A stretch of 64,000 nucleotides of DNA from the human T2T-CHM13v2.0 reference genome, Homo sapiens: NCBI RefSeq assembly GCF_009914755.1, contig NC_060933.1; one strand, given 5' to 3'. The notes below the pieces were generated by a model. That model saw only the letters and a list, made by a program, of their open reading frames with translations. It was not told the DNA's origin and ran no database searches. The translations under genes were made by a program, and so were the position numbers. Position 1 is the first letter of the stretch. Each line of letters opens with the position of its first letter. This document shows positions 17,487-32,070 of the stretch, one piece after another.

Positions 17487-17930
17487 TGTTCTGGGGGCAT
17501 CTATTGCTATATAACAAATCACTCCAAAAATCAACAGTTTAAAACAACTCTCTTACTTTGCTCATGATTTTGTAGTTACAATCAGATATTGGCTGGCCTG
17601 TGATCATCTGACCTTTCATCTGGGCTGGGGAGCCCACACCAGCACAGCTATGGCTGATGTTGGCTGGGGGATTAGCTGGGGCTATATATTGGAGCATGTA
17701 TTTGTGGCCTCTGTAGCATGACAGCTGAGAGGGTCTTCATCTCAGACTTCTTACATGGTGGCTGGCTTCCTCCTTAAGGGCATCCTTAGAAAACCAGGAA
17801 GAACTGAGTGGTCTTTTATAATCTAGTGTCAAAATTTAAACTCTGTTGGCTGAAGCATTTATGAGCCACCCAGTTTCAAGTGGAAGGGATATAGACACCA
17901 CGTCTCCATGTGAGATGTGTCAAATAATTT
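17487..17930 (-). mobile_element. MLT1 (F/G/H-type) MaLR LTR
   Basis: TCTATTGCTATATAACAAATCACTCCAAAA...TTAAAACAAC...CTTACATGGTGGCTGGCTTCC. Confidence 0.75.
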
Positions 17931-18114
17931 GAGTCTCACATACCTGACCTGCTTAATTCCTATAAATTTTTGTGTGTGGGTCTCCAGGGCCTCAATGAAT
18001 ATTGCAGAAATGGATTTTCCCCTTTCCCTCTCCTGCCTGTTCTCTGTTTTCTGAACATGCAAGTTGGGGGACAGTATTTACAGAGTATCACCCACATGTC
18101 ATTTCATCATCTTA

Positions 18115-18385
18115 CAGATGTTTTGCAGAGCACCAACCTTGTGCCAGGTACTTTCCATACTTTCCAGGTACTGCACATACTTTAACTTTGCAATAGTCAC
18201 TTGTCGCCACATTCTTTTGTTACTGGTGGCAAACTTCCATACATTTTTTCATTTAACACTCACAATAGTGCTGTGAGGTAGGTATTATCTCCATTCTGCA
18301 GATAAGGAAATCAAGCTTGAAAAATCAAATACTAAGAGTGGGGTTGTACAGATTCAAAAGGGAAGATCCAGAACTCTAACGCAGC
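18115..18385 (-). mobile_element. MIR interrupted by a 63 bp templated insertion
   Basis: GTGCCAGGTACT...[insert]...CATTTAACACTCACAATAG..GTGAGGTAGGTATTAT.TCCATT.TGCAGATAAGGAAA. Confidence 0.7.
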
Positions 18386-19134
18386 TTTTGCAGTGTCTAA
18401 CATGACAAGGGGGATTATAATTTTTGCCTGGGTTCCTGAGCAATATCTATGAATGTATGGTTATATACCTCATTTCTGATAAGAATAAGAGACTGCCCAC
18501 TTGTGCATGACTCCCCTGGGCAATGTCTCACTGGAGATACTGCAGAAGGTTCCTCACGTTGAAAGGCAAGTATTTGGGAATTCACAGGCCTTTGTCGTCA
18601 GCTATTCAACAGATCTTATACTAGGATCTCCCCAACAAAGCTAAATGATGCAGAAGCCATCATTCACAAACAGGATTATGTCTTCTGGCAGCAGTTTGGG
18701 CGTTTCGGCCTGCAGCCCCGGACTCTGGAAGGCAGACACCTACGCTTATCCATGAAGTGGGCTGGCTTCTCACACATCCACATCCGGGGTGGCTGGGAAT
18801 AGACAAGAAACAAATCCAAGAAGGAGAGATGTAGGAAGGGGTGGTGAGGAGAATATGAAGTATTTGCAGCCTAAGAAAAATATGATCCTGGGCAGAAGTG
18901 TTAGGGAAGATGCACAAAATCTAAGTGGGGTCTAGGAGTGCCCCAGACCAACATTTCCAGGTTCTATACATAGATATGTCTTCACTTTGTTCTCTGGTGT
19001 GAGATTTTCAGAAACAGACCTCTGGGTCTCCTCTCTTTCCAGCTAATTCTCCTTCCTTCTATTCATACTGTTTCCTGGCATGATAGGAAGGCTACTCTGT
19101 TCCTATTAACACAAGGCATGGGTAAGGGAGTAGT

Positions 19135-19744
<610 letters not shown>

Positions 19745-19771
19745 AAACCCCCGTGTTTTGAGATTTCAGGT

Positions 19772-20061
<290 letters not shown>

Positions 20062-21716
20062 TCACATCAATACATGTATACTGTATTTTTCCAAATATAA
20101 TATGTATATGTAATTTTTAAAATACAGGTTTTTCAAAGTCAGCCCCACTTACCTCCATCAATCCTTGCGCTAAGCAAATATGATCACTTTTTAAAGTTTT
20201 TGGTTGCTTCTTGAGAACTATTATTAACCTTTACATCCCTCAGATTACTTGTCATGGTTCTTGGCTAATAGTAAGTGCTGAGTTGATTTTGGCTAAATGA
20301 GACTGACTTCCCGCAGACTTTCACAAGAATACATTATCTTGCCTTTGAAATTTTCTTCTTCCTTTTCTGAAACTCTCCATACCACTTTATTCTATATTTT
20401 AATTCCCTTTGGCCTTCCAAACCCCTTTTTTCCTTTGGAAATACAACAAATATCATTAAACATGAAAAGCAATAGGGGGAGGACAATATATAAAATAGTT
20501 CCACATTACAGAATAATTACTAAGAACTGAAGAATTTTTTTTTAACCAACTGCACAAACTAATAACCAAAGTTTGGAAACGTCAAGATCTATGATCAATT
20601 CCTTTCATAAAAGGTGAAGGTCATTTTTAATTAGTGAGTCGATTACTTCCATTTAATGGATGCATGAAATTCTTAAAAATTCAACTCAACAACCATTTAC
20701 TGAGCACTCAGTATGTGTTCATTGTTGCCTGAAATCTAAAGATAGCTAAAATGTAGCTATGTCCTTAGAGGAGCCCGCTAACCAAAGCAGGAGATAGAGA
20801 CATAAGTGAAGATACAAGGTAGTGATTATGGGGCTGGTGGAGAGAGAGGAGGACTCAGAGGACACATATAGACATCCTCAATTTCAAGGTGGAAAATGAT
20901 GATTATGGTGCCACTTTCAGATTCCACCTGGCGGCAGAATTAATAGTGGCTTGTGCACCCTGAAATATAGTTACACACTTCCCCCACTTTTTTAGAAGAT
21001 GTAAGGAAGGTAAACTTAAGCCTAATGTAATCACACATCCAAAAATCAGTGAATTTCAAAAGGATACCATTTTTAATTATGCATATAAATATATTCCATT
21101 AGTGCCACAACCTCCAGCAATCATTAGGAATCATTTTTTATTTTCTCTGGGGTCTCAACAGGTATTGACCATTAACTGCCATGGGAAGCCCCTTCACTAT
21201 TTGTTTTCTGACTACTTGCTATCTTCAGTGCCCTAGAAGAATCTTCGACAGATTATCAGAACATTAAATATAAATACAGAACACTAAAGAAAATCTTTAA
21301 GAATTCATCTCTTGTCAAGGTTATCTTGAAGACAACCCAGGTCAAAGGCATATTGTCTGAAACCTGAGGTATAGTTGCCCGGATTTACGAAGTGAGGGGT
21401 TTTGGGGGTGGGTAGAATGTTAAGGAAGAAATCGATCAGAAATAGATTTTTGTTCTCAGAGTACCATACAAAGCATGAACTTCCCCCTAAGTCTTTGTCT
21501 TTTTAAATGTGGTATCCCATCCATTAGATGCTCATCATACAGTTATTTTGTCTTTTTATTTTAACTAGCTTAGATAGAACAATGCTGTTCTTGCAAAGCC
21601 TTACCACAGGAAAAGAATATAGGAGAAGGGGAAGATCTGAACCAAGTCACAATGAAGTAGGGAAAGTTTGTTTCTGATGTTCTTACTCCCCTTTCAAATG
21701 CCTTCCATAGCCACCT

Positions 21717-22200
21717 GTCTCAGGATGGCTGCCTCCAGAAGAAGATCGTAAGATAAGAATATCAGTGCAAGTAGTTTTCAATTTTAAAAAAAAAAGTGAT
21801 CTCAGAAAGCTCTGATAAGGGAATAGGACAATAAAAAGGGGAAAGGAAGGAAACCAATAAAGGATGTATTATCAAGTAACTTACTACTAGGACAACTGGG
21901 GTTCAACTCCAATGAGGACTCCGATAAAGAATACAAAACCTTTCTAGTTATCCCCAGCAATTATCCCCAGCAAGAAATGAGAAAGCTGGGGTATTCATCC
22001 ACCAATCCCTGTCCATCATTGATTTCGAGCTGTTTCCAGAGGCATGAACTACCAATGCTTCTGACCCTCCCCATACAAAGCCAAGAGAAAGCCCTCATGT
22101 GGAGAGTTGGAGGTACCTGCAGTAGGAGGAGGTGAGTACGCACTAGAATGGCGCAGGCCAATGTTATATGGGCAGGACATCAACAGTGACTACTGCACCA
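21717..22200 (-). mobile_element. ERVL LTR, LTR33/LTR16-like
   Basis: AGTGCAAGTAGTTT...CCAATAAAGGATGTATTATCAAG...CAACTGGGGTTCAACTCC. Confidence 0.6.
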
Positions 22201-22223
22201 CCTTATCTTTTATTTACTCAGCG

Positions 22224-22544
22224 TTTCTTTCTTTTTTTTTCTTTTTCCTTTTTTTTTTTTTTTTGAGACAGAGTCTCAGTCTTGTTGCTAAGGCTGGAGT
22301 GCAATGGTGCGGTCTCGGCTAACCGCAACCTTCACCTCCTGGGTTCAACCAATTATCCTGCCTCAGCCTCCCTAGTAGCTGGGATCACAAGCATGTGCCA
22401 CCATGCCTGACTAATTTTGTATTTTTAGTAGAGACGGGGTTCCTCATGCTGGTCAGGCTGGTCTCGAACTCCCAACCTCAGGTGATCCACCCACCTCAGC
22501 CTCCCAAAGTGCAGGGATTACAGACGTGAGCCACCACGCCCGGT
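22224..22544 (-). mobile_element. AluSp/Sq
   Basis: TCTTGTTGC, GCAATGG, ACCGCAACC and CCTCAGGTGATCC; degenerate TSD TTACTCAGCGTTT / TTACTCAACATTT. Confidence 0.94.
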
Positions 22545-24034
22545 CTTACTCAACATTTTCAAAGCCTGTTCTTTCCACGTATTTCTCTCCTTCCGTCAGC
22601 ACTTTAAAGTTAGAGGTCTTTTCCTCTATAGGGGGGAAAATGGGGAAAAAGTTGAGTAAAAGGGGAGCCCTGGAGCATGTGGTGATTTTAAAAAAACTGA
22701 ATAAGAATTATTTTTATGAAGTTTGGGCCACAGGGGAGAGTTATTGCAGAACTAATGGAATTTTAGGGGGAAATTCTTGTCTTGTATTTGTACGAAATAG
22801 CTCTGCTTCGATTAATAATAATGACTTGTGGGAATAATTCAGTAAGACTTGTCTCTCCTTGTCTCCTTGTATCACAAACCTATATCTGCCTACCGTCCCA
22901 GGTTAAAAAAAAAATCGGTAAGTTCATAAAACAAAACAGTTGAAGTCTTCTATTTGCAGGGCAAATTTTTATGAATAACCTTAATGTAACTGGGGAGCCT
23001 TTTGGTCCAGCTTCAGGATGGTGTCATATTAAGAGAAACATAGTTGGTTCCAATGGACAAAAAGTAATTCAAATCTTTACTCAGTCTGTTAAGCCTTTAT
23101 GCCCAGAAAACCATTTTTGTAATTTTCTCTCCCAATTTCTGCCTTCTCAATCTTATTCACAGGAATGATAGCTGTTCTCCTAAACTTTCCCACTGTTTAC
23201 TTCTATACATCAAAACCCTCCCAAGTCTAATTCTCATAGCTTTTCTCTGTCTCCTTGTCTCTCTCCCTTAAAAATAAAAACAAATCAACTAAGATACTTT
23301 ATTATCTTCATTTTTCCATTGCACATCATCTCTTCAAGGGCTACACAGAAGCATATACTACTCTCTGGGAGCTATAATGAGATGTGTGCGTGCTGGGAGG
23401 AGGGAAGAGAGGGGGTTATATGAAGAGGAAGCTTGTGAATACTGATGCCTATATTAATTTTGTTTTTGTTTTACTTTTTATATCTATCCATCAGTCTGTA
23501 TCTATCTAAATCTATCTATTGGAAAAAAAACTAAACCAAACATTTTACAGAGACCCCCGTTTCCTGTTGCTTTCTACCTTTGACCCCTTTTCTTTCTGTC
23601 TGCCAACTAACTACCTTTTCCACCTCGTGAACATTGACTAGCCAATAAACTATAAGACTTGCATAAAAAAAGTTCTTGGAAAATACTGTTCTAATGGTTA
23701 CTGAGCAAGGAGCACAAAACAGGGATGACTCCCAACTGTGAGTTTCAGTTAAAGTGGCAAACTGCTGTCTAAGCCCAAACTGCAAAGATGGATACTCAAC
23801 TGTCCCTCTCCTCCAAAAACTCCAACCCTGATTCAACTGGGGAGTCACCAGATCCTCAGATGCTCCCTGAATAAAGGAATCAGCTAAGTAGAGACTTTAT
23901 TAATCTCTATTTGAGTCCCTTAAAATCATTTTCTTTTCAGTCTGTCTGTATGCAGACACACTGTAGATATATGAAGTATAATAAGATGTATATATACACA
24001 TATAGATATGATGTGTGTGTTATGACAAATTAAG

Positions 24035-24225
24035 TTATAAAGCACTTTCACACTCTCTATACTTTTAAAAGAGCCAGCAATCCTATGAGGTAAGCACCAG
24101 TTTGAATTATTTTCCTCATTGTGCAAGTGAGAAAAATTAAAGCTCAGAGGAGTTAGGTGAACTGGCCCAAGTTTACACAGCTGGTTACTACATATCCAAA
24201 CCTGGACCCCCAAATCCCCTGGTAT
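24035..24225 (-). mobile_element. MIR
   Basis: CAATCCTATGAGGTAAGCAC...GCTCAGAGGAGTTAGGTGAACTGGCCCAAG.TTACACAGCT. Confidence 0.75.
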
Positions 24226-24483
24226 TTGTTGTATTACATCATGGTATTCCATGTTCATTTTGAGACTTCCCTAGTGATTTTGCTTGCCATTCTTTATCTC
24301 TCATACCAGAGAGCACCCTAAAATCCAGAACAAGAGCAAATGATCCTGTGTCTTGGAATCAACAGTCAGACCCCTATGTTAGGCTATATGCATGTATTCA
24401 TGATATGTCTATGCTTGAGTGAATGATTTATGATTGTGTATAATACTATCTCATTGTGGAGAAAACAGAAAATGCAGAAAACT

Positions 24484-24795
24484 GGCGAGGCGTGATGGCT
24501 CACGCCTGTAATCTTAGCACTTTGGGAGGCCGAGGCAGGTGTATCACATGAGGTCAGGAGTTCAAAACCAGCCTGGCTAACATGGTGAAACCCCATCTCT
24601 ACTCAAAATACAAAAAAATTAGCTGGGTATGATGACAGATGTCTGTAATCCCAGCTACTTGGGAGACTGAGACAGGAGAATCACTTGAACCCGGAGGCGG
24701 AGGTTGAAGCGAGCCGAGATTGCACCACTGCACTCCAGCCTGGGTGACAGAGCGAGACTCTGTCTCAAAAAAAAAAAAAAGAAAGAAAGAAAAAA
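24484..24795 (+). mobile_element. AluSx-type, full length
   Basis: Both arms, an A-rich tail, and TSD AGAAAATGCAGAAAA. Confidence 0.95.
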
Positions 24796-24929
24796 GAAAA
24801 TGCAGAAAATTGTACAGAAAACAAAATCACCTTTAATTTAGCCAATCAGTCATAATCACTGTTAGTAGTCAGTGTATATCTTGTGTAAACAGAGACACAT
24901 GTTATAGTCTACATCAAAACAAAACATGG

Positions 24930-25525
24930 ATAATGTAAGAAAGGGCAATAGAAGTCAATCCCACTTAAGAACAAAGATACGAAATTCTAAACAAAAGTAT
25001 TAACAAGCTAAATCCCACAATTTATAAAACAATACATCATACACATCATTATTGTAATGCTCCACACTAACATTTTTTAAAGTATGATCTCACTAGATGC
25101 CAAAAAAAGCATTCAAAAATTAACATTCACTCATGAAAGAAACGGTAACATGGGAAGAGAGGGAAACATCCTTAATCTGATAAAGTGTATCTACCAAATC
25201 TTTCTGTTTTCTGTCAGAAACAAGACAAAGATAGCTGCTTTTTCCTCTTCAATATTGGCTTGGAGGCCCTAGCCAGCACAGCAGGAAAAGAGAAAAATAT
25301 AAACATATACTAATTGGAAAGGAACAAACAAAACTGTCATTATTTACATTAAATTGTCTACATACAAAACTCAAAAAAAAAGCCTACAGAGAAATATATT
25401 AGAATTAGCTAGAGAATTGAGCAAAGTTTCTGGAGGTAAGTTCAATTATGAAAGAAAATTGCATTTTTATATATCAACAACAAACTATTAGAATGTCTAA
25501 TTTTAAAAATTAGAATAGCAACAAA
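24930..25525 (+). mobile_element. Old L1M ORF2 (RT) remnant
   Basis: ORF MISLDAKKSIQKLT...GNILNLIKCIY resembles L1 [15 protein letters not shown]...G.YL.IIKAIY. Confidence 0.75.
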
Positions 25526-26850
25526 CACGAGGCTCTCTTAAAGACTTGTCTTGAAGAATTTCCTAGAGAAAGTTTTCTCTAAAAACGCAAATATCCCGGG
25601 GGAAATAATAGGTCATGTGATAGAAAATAAAAGTGGTCCTTTTCCTGCTGACACCACAGGAATGAGCTTGTATATCTAACTTACGTTTAGAAGAAAAGCT
25701 GTTTTTGTTTTATTTTATTTTACTTGGCAAGACTATTGAGAAATGGAAAGCATGAGCTCTGGCTTAAAAGAGGCTGAAAATTTTGAAACTTTAGTATGGT
25801 AGAAGCTGGGGAAATGGCCATGTCAAAGCTGCAGGCTTCTTAACTGCAAGAGGTAGAGCTTTGAATGTATTTCCATTGCAGGATATTCCTTTTTCTGAAA
25901 GTAAAAGCAAATGGACCATGTTTCCATGCACATGTCAAGCAGAGGCTCCACAGAGTTGAGTGTAGTGTGTGATTGTGTGTGTTATAAGCAGCTACATCTC
26001 TACAGGCCATCTGATGTCTCTTAGGTGGTGCCATGCCTGACCCTCACTTGGTCCTGAGCATGACGCGTGCTCCATTGAAATAGATGCTCACCAGAAAATC
26101 ACAAGCTTGAAAATCAGAAGCCTGCAGGAAGGACATGGAGGATGATCTGGAGGGAAGACCACAAAAAGAAACTTGGGTGGGTTTAGTAGAACTCAACCTG
26201 GAGTGAAGGGCTAATGACCCACATGTGGTTTTACTTAAGTCCAAATATCCCAGATCCAAGAGAATATTTAAAATGAAAGGAGTACACTTCTTTGCAGCAC
26301 AGAGGGACAGATGCAAAGGAAATAGCATCCCACCCATTCCTGCCTTTCTTTTTGTTTCTTTTTTAAGGATGTGGCATTAGTACTTTCTGCTGTAATTGTG
26401 CTGCAGGACCACACATTTGTGGGTTTGGGTCAGCGTGTCCAAGTAAGGAAATGGATATTATTTAATTTTCAATGATCTAGGAAGAAGAGGATTCCAAGGG
26501 AGGAAATGAGGACTTAGAAAACTGACCTTAGAAGGAAGAAGAACAAATTATTTCTGGGCCTTACTATCTTTATCATGAAATCTACAAACATGTTTCAAGA
26601 ATCTTCCAGCCAGTAAAAGGAAGGTGGCCTCCGACATAATGAAGCAACCAAAAGGTGAAGAAAAGAGGCCCTGAAGTTACAAGGTGAGGCTGGTCCTGAC
26701 CCTGTGAGTTCTGAAAGCAACCATCCCCCTGGCTGGAGTGTGTAGTCCTTCCATCCATTCCCCAGAACAAGTCATGCTCTGGCATTTACTATGATTTTAG
26801 TGAACGCTTAGATGGACAAAGACAGGAAACTTCCTTTGGATTTTCCAAGA

Positions 26851-27020
26851 CAAGTGGTTTTCAGAGTGCAGTTCCCAGATAAGCAATCCCCTGGGAACTT
26901 GTTAAGAGTCTCCCACCTCCCACTTACTGGACCCAGAACTCTGGAGGTGGGGCACAGGGATCTATGGTTTAAGAAGCCCTTCAGGTGATTCTAATGCACA
27001 CTCAATTTGAGGGCAACTAG
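26851..27020. mobile_element. MER5A (hAT-Charlie)
   Basis: CTGGGAACTTGTTA...AGAACTCTGGAGGTGGGGC...AGCCCTTCAGGTGATTCTAATGCACACTCAA.TTTGAG. Confidence 0.8.
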
Positions 27021-27159
27021 GCTGACAGTAAAATCTCACACAGGTGAGAGGTATCAAGTTGAATTTAAATTTAATGTGACCACATTTGAGCAGCCACTTT
27101 AGCGAGGTCTGAGTTAGAGTCATTAGTAGCGTTCACATAATATTTTCAGCTGTCTGCTC

Positions 27160-27760
27160 TCTAGGCATAGAGTAGGATGATATTTGTAACTCCTTTGAGG
27201 TTAAATGGGACCACAAGACTGGTTTTTGCCAATGATTCATAAAAGGAAGCATTTGATTGTCAGCACGTGACTTTATAGAGTTTTATACTAAGGTTTGAGA
27301 TACAGGCTGAGCATTCCTAAACTGAAAAGTCTAAAATCCAAAATGCTCCAAAATCCAAAATTTCTTGAGCCCCAAGTGAAAAATGTCATAGTTGACCTCA
27401 TGTGACAGGTCTCAGTCAAAACACAGGCACACAACAGGCAGTTTATTCAGTGTTCCCAACGGAAAAATAAAACTACCTTCAAGCTGTGTGTATAAGGTGT
27501 ACACGAAACAAAAATAAATTTCATGTTTAGACTTGAGTCCCATCCTCAAGACATCTCATTATGTATATGCAAATATTCCAAAATCCATAAACACTTCTGG
27601 TTCCAAGCACTTAGGATTAGAGAGTCCTAACCTGTAGTGACTGCTCCATCAGTCTGGGTCCCAGAGCAAGAAGACCTAGAAAAGGACTTGTTCGTATAAA
27701 CTACTATGATTTGGGGGTTATTTGTCACTGCAGCATAACTCAGCCCATCCTAACTCATAT
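27160..27760 (+). mobile_element. MLT1I/J-type LTR, split by Tigger4
   Basis: GCTCCATCAGTCTGGGTCCC...GATTTGGGGGTTATTTGTCACTGCAGCATAAC. Confidence 0.65.
27303..27634. mobile_element. Tigger4/MER46 (TcMar) non-autonomous element
   Basis: TA|CAGG.TGAG...CTAACCTG|TA termini with TA TSD; AAATCCAAAATGCTCCAAAATCC motif. Confidence 0.85.
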
Positions 27761-27965
27761 TACTTAAAACTATGACCACGTCTTAAATTTCTGTCAATGT
27801 TCTTATTTCAAATATTCCATACCATTTTAAACTGCAGGTTCCAGTTTTTGTTTCTGTCACATATAATTTGCTAGTTGTATCCTGTGGACACAATTTTGGC
27901 TAGGTTAGACATATGGTCTAACACGGAGCTGGGGACACTATAGGAGCTTCATAGATACTAAGTTA

Positions 27966-28182
<217 letters not shown>

Positions 28183-28624
28183 CTACCACAAAAGACTCCT
28201 CATATTTTCCCCCTCAAATGGTTTCTTTCCCTCTTGATAATACTTAAATCCAACATTTGAATCTTCTTGCTTTGTTTTAATTATTAACTGTGATTAGGCA
28301 CTCCAAGGGTTCTGGAGCAACCGGGCAATTGAACATGGGTAATTTTCCTGATTATTTCCCTGAGTCAACCCGGAACAAATATAAACAAACAACAGAAGTC
28401 AAATAAGGAGTATTTGTTTTCTCAGCTAGATCACTGTGGATTTACACCTCTTTCCCATTTGCACTAATGAGAATTAGATGAGTAATTCCCCCACAGAGAA
28501 CACAAACCCTGAAGTCCTTTCAGTGCTATTCTAAAGTGGTAGCAAGAATGTAAAGCTATTTTAGTGCATGCAGCTAAAAATTACCAACTACCATGTAGCA
28601 TACTTGAGCCTAAACATCTTTCCA

Positions 28625-28765
28625 GAATTAGGCTGTGAGCTCCTGGAAATGTGAGATGCATTTTATCTTATCTTTGAATCCTTAAGGTCTAGCACAGAAT
28701 CTGGCATATTGACAGCCATCAGTGCATGTATTTTGTTGAATAAGTGAAGGAATGAATGAACGAAA
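28625..28765 (+). mobile_element. L2 3' end
   Basis: CTGTGAGCTCCTGGA...TCTAGCACAGAATCTGGCATAT...TTGTTGAATAAGTGAAGGAATGAATGAA. Confidence 0.75.
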
Positions 28766-31449
28766 TCAAAATTTTCTTTTCAGTTATTTCACTAGAAGAA
28801 ATTAAAGACCAAATTTTGGTTAATGACTCCTATAAGAGAAACATAATTATTAAATTTGTTCTACTCGAGACTAACACTTTAAGGGTTTCTGCCTTGACTC
28901 GAATCGTTAAACTCTGAAAATGTGTTTGTCTCATTCCAGGAATCCCATTCTGCCAGCCCGGTAAAGGCAAAAACCCCTATGAAACAGATAATGCACCTGT
29001 GATCAGAAGACTAACTAGGAACATATGACAATGATTGTTATATTATTTTTCAGTAAATGCTGACAATTTTAATTAAACAAATAAACCAGTGAAAAATTAG
29101 CACCTTCATCTGAAAAAGAATGGTGGTCACACGATTTCCTTAGCTCCCCAATTCACACTCAGTGGTCAAGGTGTCAACAGAATAACCATAACAAAGGTCA
29201 AAGTTCCTAGTGTTCCCTTATGGCCAGGGAGATCTCAGGGTTTTGCTCCAGGATATTTAAATATTTAATTACCTGACTCTGATTCCATAGTCCAAAGTAG
29301 ACCAAAGGACTCTATTCTTGGGAGGACGCTCTAGTGAAGGAAACTCTGGAAATGAAATGAACCCTCCCTACGTCACCATCTCTTTCTTCATGTCTGTTCC
29401 TATGTGGAATACTTTTCTGGGTAGCTAAAGATATTTGGAATGGAATGAGACAACGTGCCCAATTAACTTGTCCTAAGAATCTTTCCGTCTGCCTTAATTA
29501 AAGATTTGGTTAAAATACAAGTTTCTATTTTCAAATGCAAATTAGTCATAGGTTAATTTATACATTAGTGTGAATTAGTTTCCATACCATGCAATTTTTT
29601 TTCCAGAATCCTTTGCCCACTTAGAAACAAAACAGTAAGCAACTCAGTTATACTCAGGTCTCTTTATCCTGTTTCCCATATATTATGTGAGCAATTATTT
29701 TATTAGAGAGAGTTTAACAGAGAACAAAGAGCGCGTTTATCAATGAAACCTTTTCATGTTTACCATTCTAGAATCAGGTCATAAGAGTGCAGTATTTCTT
29801 TGCATTGTCCTCTTTTGATAAGGATTATTAGTTGCAAGCAATAGATATAAACTCCGGTTAATTTGAAGCACAATATGAATATTTTATAAGAATACTGGGT
29901 AGTTCACATAATCACCAAAAGAGGGTAACAACAAGACTCACAAACTATGCAGACAGAACAACACCTTGGATCAGGTCAAAGAACTGGTGAGGTCTCCATT
30001 GCTAATGTTTTTGAGCTAGTTCCCACAGCTTGTACTACCAGCCTGCTCACAGGAGTGTCAACCGTGACCTCACTGCCACCACTTCCCTGGAAATTCAGTC
30101 TTCCTGCCTTGCCATTGCCACCAAAGTACGGTGTTTCTTGGTCTCTACTAGTTCCCATGTCAGAGTTTGTGGCACCTTCCATTGGTGAACTTGACCCTGT
30201 GCCTGCATGGTAGCAGCAAAGGAGACTAAGAAAAGCATGTAGTGTCTGGCAAGGAAGGCAAACTCTTCTTCCTAGGAAGACGCATAAAGTAAAGATAGTG
30301 ACTGTTTCCTAAAAATTGTTAGAGATTGTAATATTCCCCTAAGTTTAGATTTCTGCCATGGAATATTCCCATTTTATTGAGATTGTTGATATATCAAAAA
30401 TGTGTGTGCATTTATGCCCTAATTAAAATAAATGTCATAGAAACCTTCAAATAGCTTGAACTGGGGAGGCTAACTGTTATAAATTAGGACGAGGGAAAGT
30501 GGAAAAATATGATCCAATTTTTCTAATATGGAAGAAACCCCAATATGAGTTGATGAGTTGGAGACTTGAGAATCTCATTGCCTAAAGTGACATATCTATA
30601 CCGTGGTTTGAGTGTCACAGAATTTCCTTTGGTATTTCATCTGGCTTATGTTATGTTGTTTCAGCAACATCTGGAGGAAACCAGAGTTAAGAAACTTCAT
30701 GTGTTATATGCTGTTAATACCTGCTTCACCTAGATCTTATCATTTGAAGACAATAAACCACTGTGAGCACAGCACACTAAATCAGTAGCTGAGAAACTTG
30801 GGTGCAGTGCCTGACCTCATCACTGCATGCTAGAGTCACCATGGTGGGAAGACATAGAACATAAACTTGATATGATTTGGGTAGAGAAAAGCACATTTTA
30901 ATGCCTTAATTTCCTCTCTGTTTCCTTAAATACCTCCATTTCAGAACAAGAAGTGCAGATCCGACAAGCCAAGAGTTTCAGGTAAATAACAGTACATTAT
31001 TGCTGGCCTGGAGACAGTTTTTGGGTGAAGCCACGTGGAGTCATGTCAACCATAACAGAATCTCAGGATTTAAGCAGACATTTAAAGTCACCAGGACCAT
31101 ATGCCATGCAGGCATATCCTCTACAGCACCCATGACAGGAACCTGTCCCGACTTCTACTTGAAATCTCCCAGCAATTACCAGAACCCATGGCCTCCCATC
31201 TCATTGTTAAACCATGTTCATTGTTTGGAAGCTCTGCCAGCTTATAATACTTGATTCCCCTCAATGGTCCCACTTCTTCCTTGGCCCCTAAGAACCTCCA
31301 AATGACAGTCTTTCAAATATTCAAAAATATTTATGTGCCATCCAACCTTAAGTGTGTCAAACCTACATCTAGTAACTTTCTTAATACATCTTTAATACAT
31401 CTAGTAACTTCCCAATCTTCTGCATTCTCACGCCCATTCAATCCTCTCC

Positions 31450-32070
31450 CTTGAATGATTCCTGGTGCCCTGTGAGACCCTCCTACCTCGAGTCTTGCCT
31501 CTTCTAATCTTCAATCCACTGGTAATACATTAGCCTCAAAAATATTTCCAACATCAACATCTTTAAAAAAAAATAACACCAGATAGCTTCTTACTGCCTT
31601 CAAAAGAAAGCTCAATTTTTAATCCCCGGTAGCCCTTCGTTATGTGTTTCTTGGCTTCTTTCTCCAGGCCCATCACTCATCTTTCACACAAAATCTATCA
31701 AACTCTCAACTACTTTGAGTTCCCAAGCCATTTTTCTCTCCCACATGCACCTTAATATACAGCCTCTGCCTATAATGCCCTCTTTTCCCATCAAATGGAT
31801 CCCTCCCACTCATCCTTTCAACGCCCCCCCCAACACCATCCCCTTCACAAAGCAGAATCAGACACCCCTCTCATGGCATTCTGCTCTTAATCTATTTTAT
31901 AAATATTAATGCACTACATTAAAATCATTTATTCACTTGTCTGTCTCTACCACTAAAAGGCAGTTCTGTGAAGGAGGGGATTCTACTGCATTACTCACCA
32001 CCATCTCCCCAGAGCATGGTTCAGTCCCTGGCATATTGGAGGAGTACCATCACTCTATTGAGTGTTGAAT
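31450..32070 (+). mobile_element. L2 fragments
   Basis: Pyrimidine-rich L2 3' region ending CTTGTCTGTCTC...CCTGGCATATTGGAGG...TTGAGTGTTGAAT. Confidence 0.55.
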
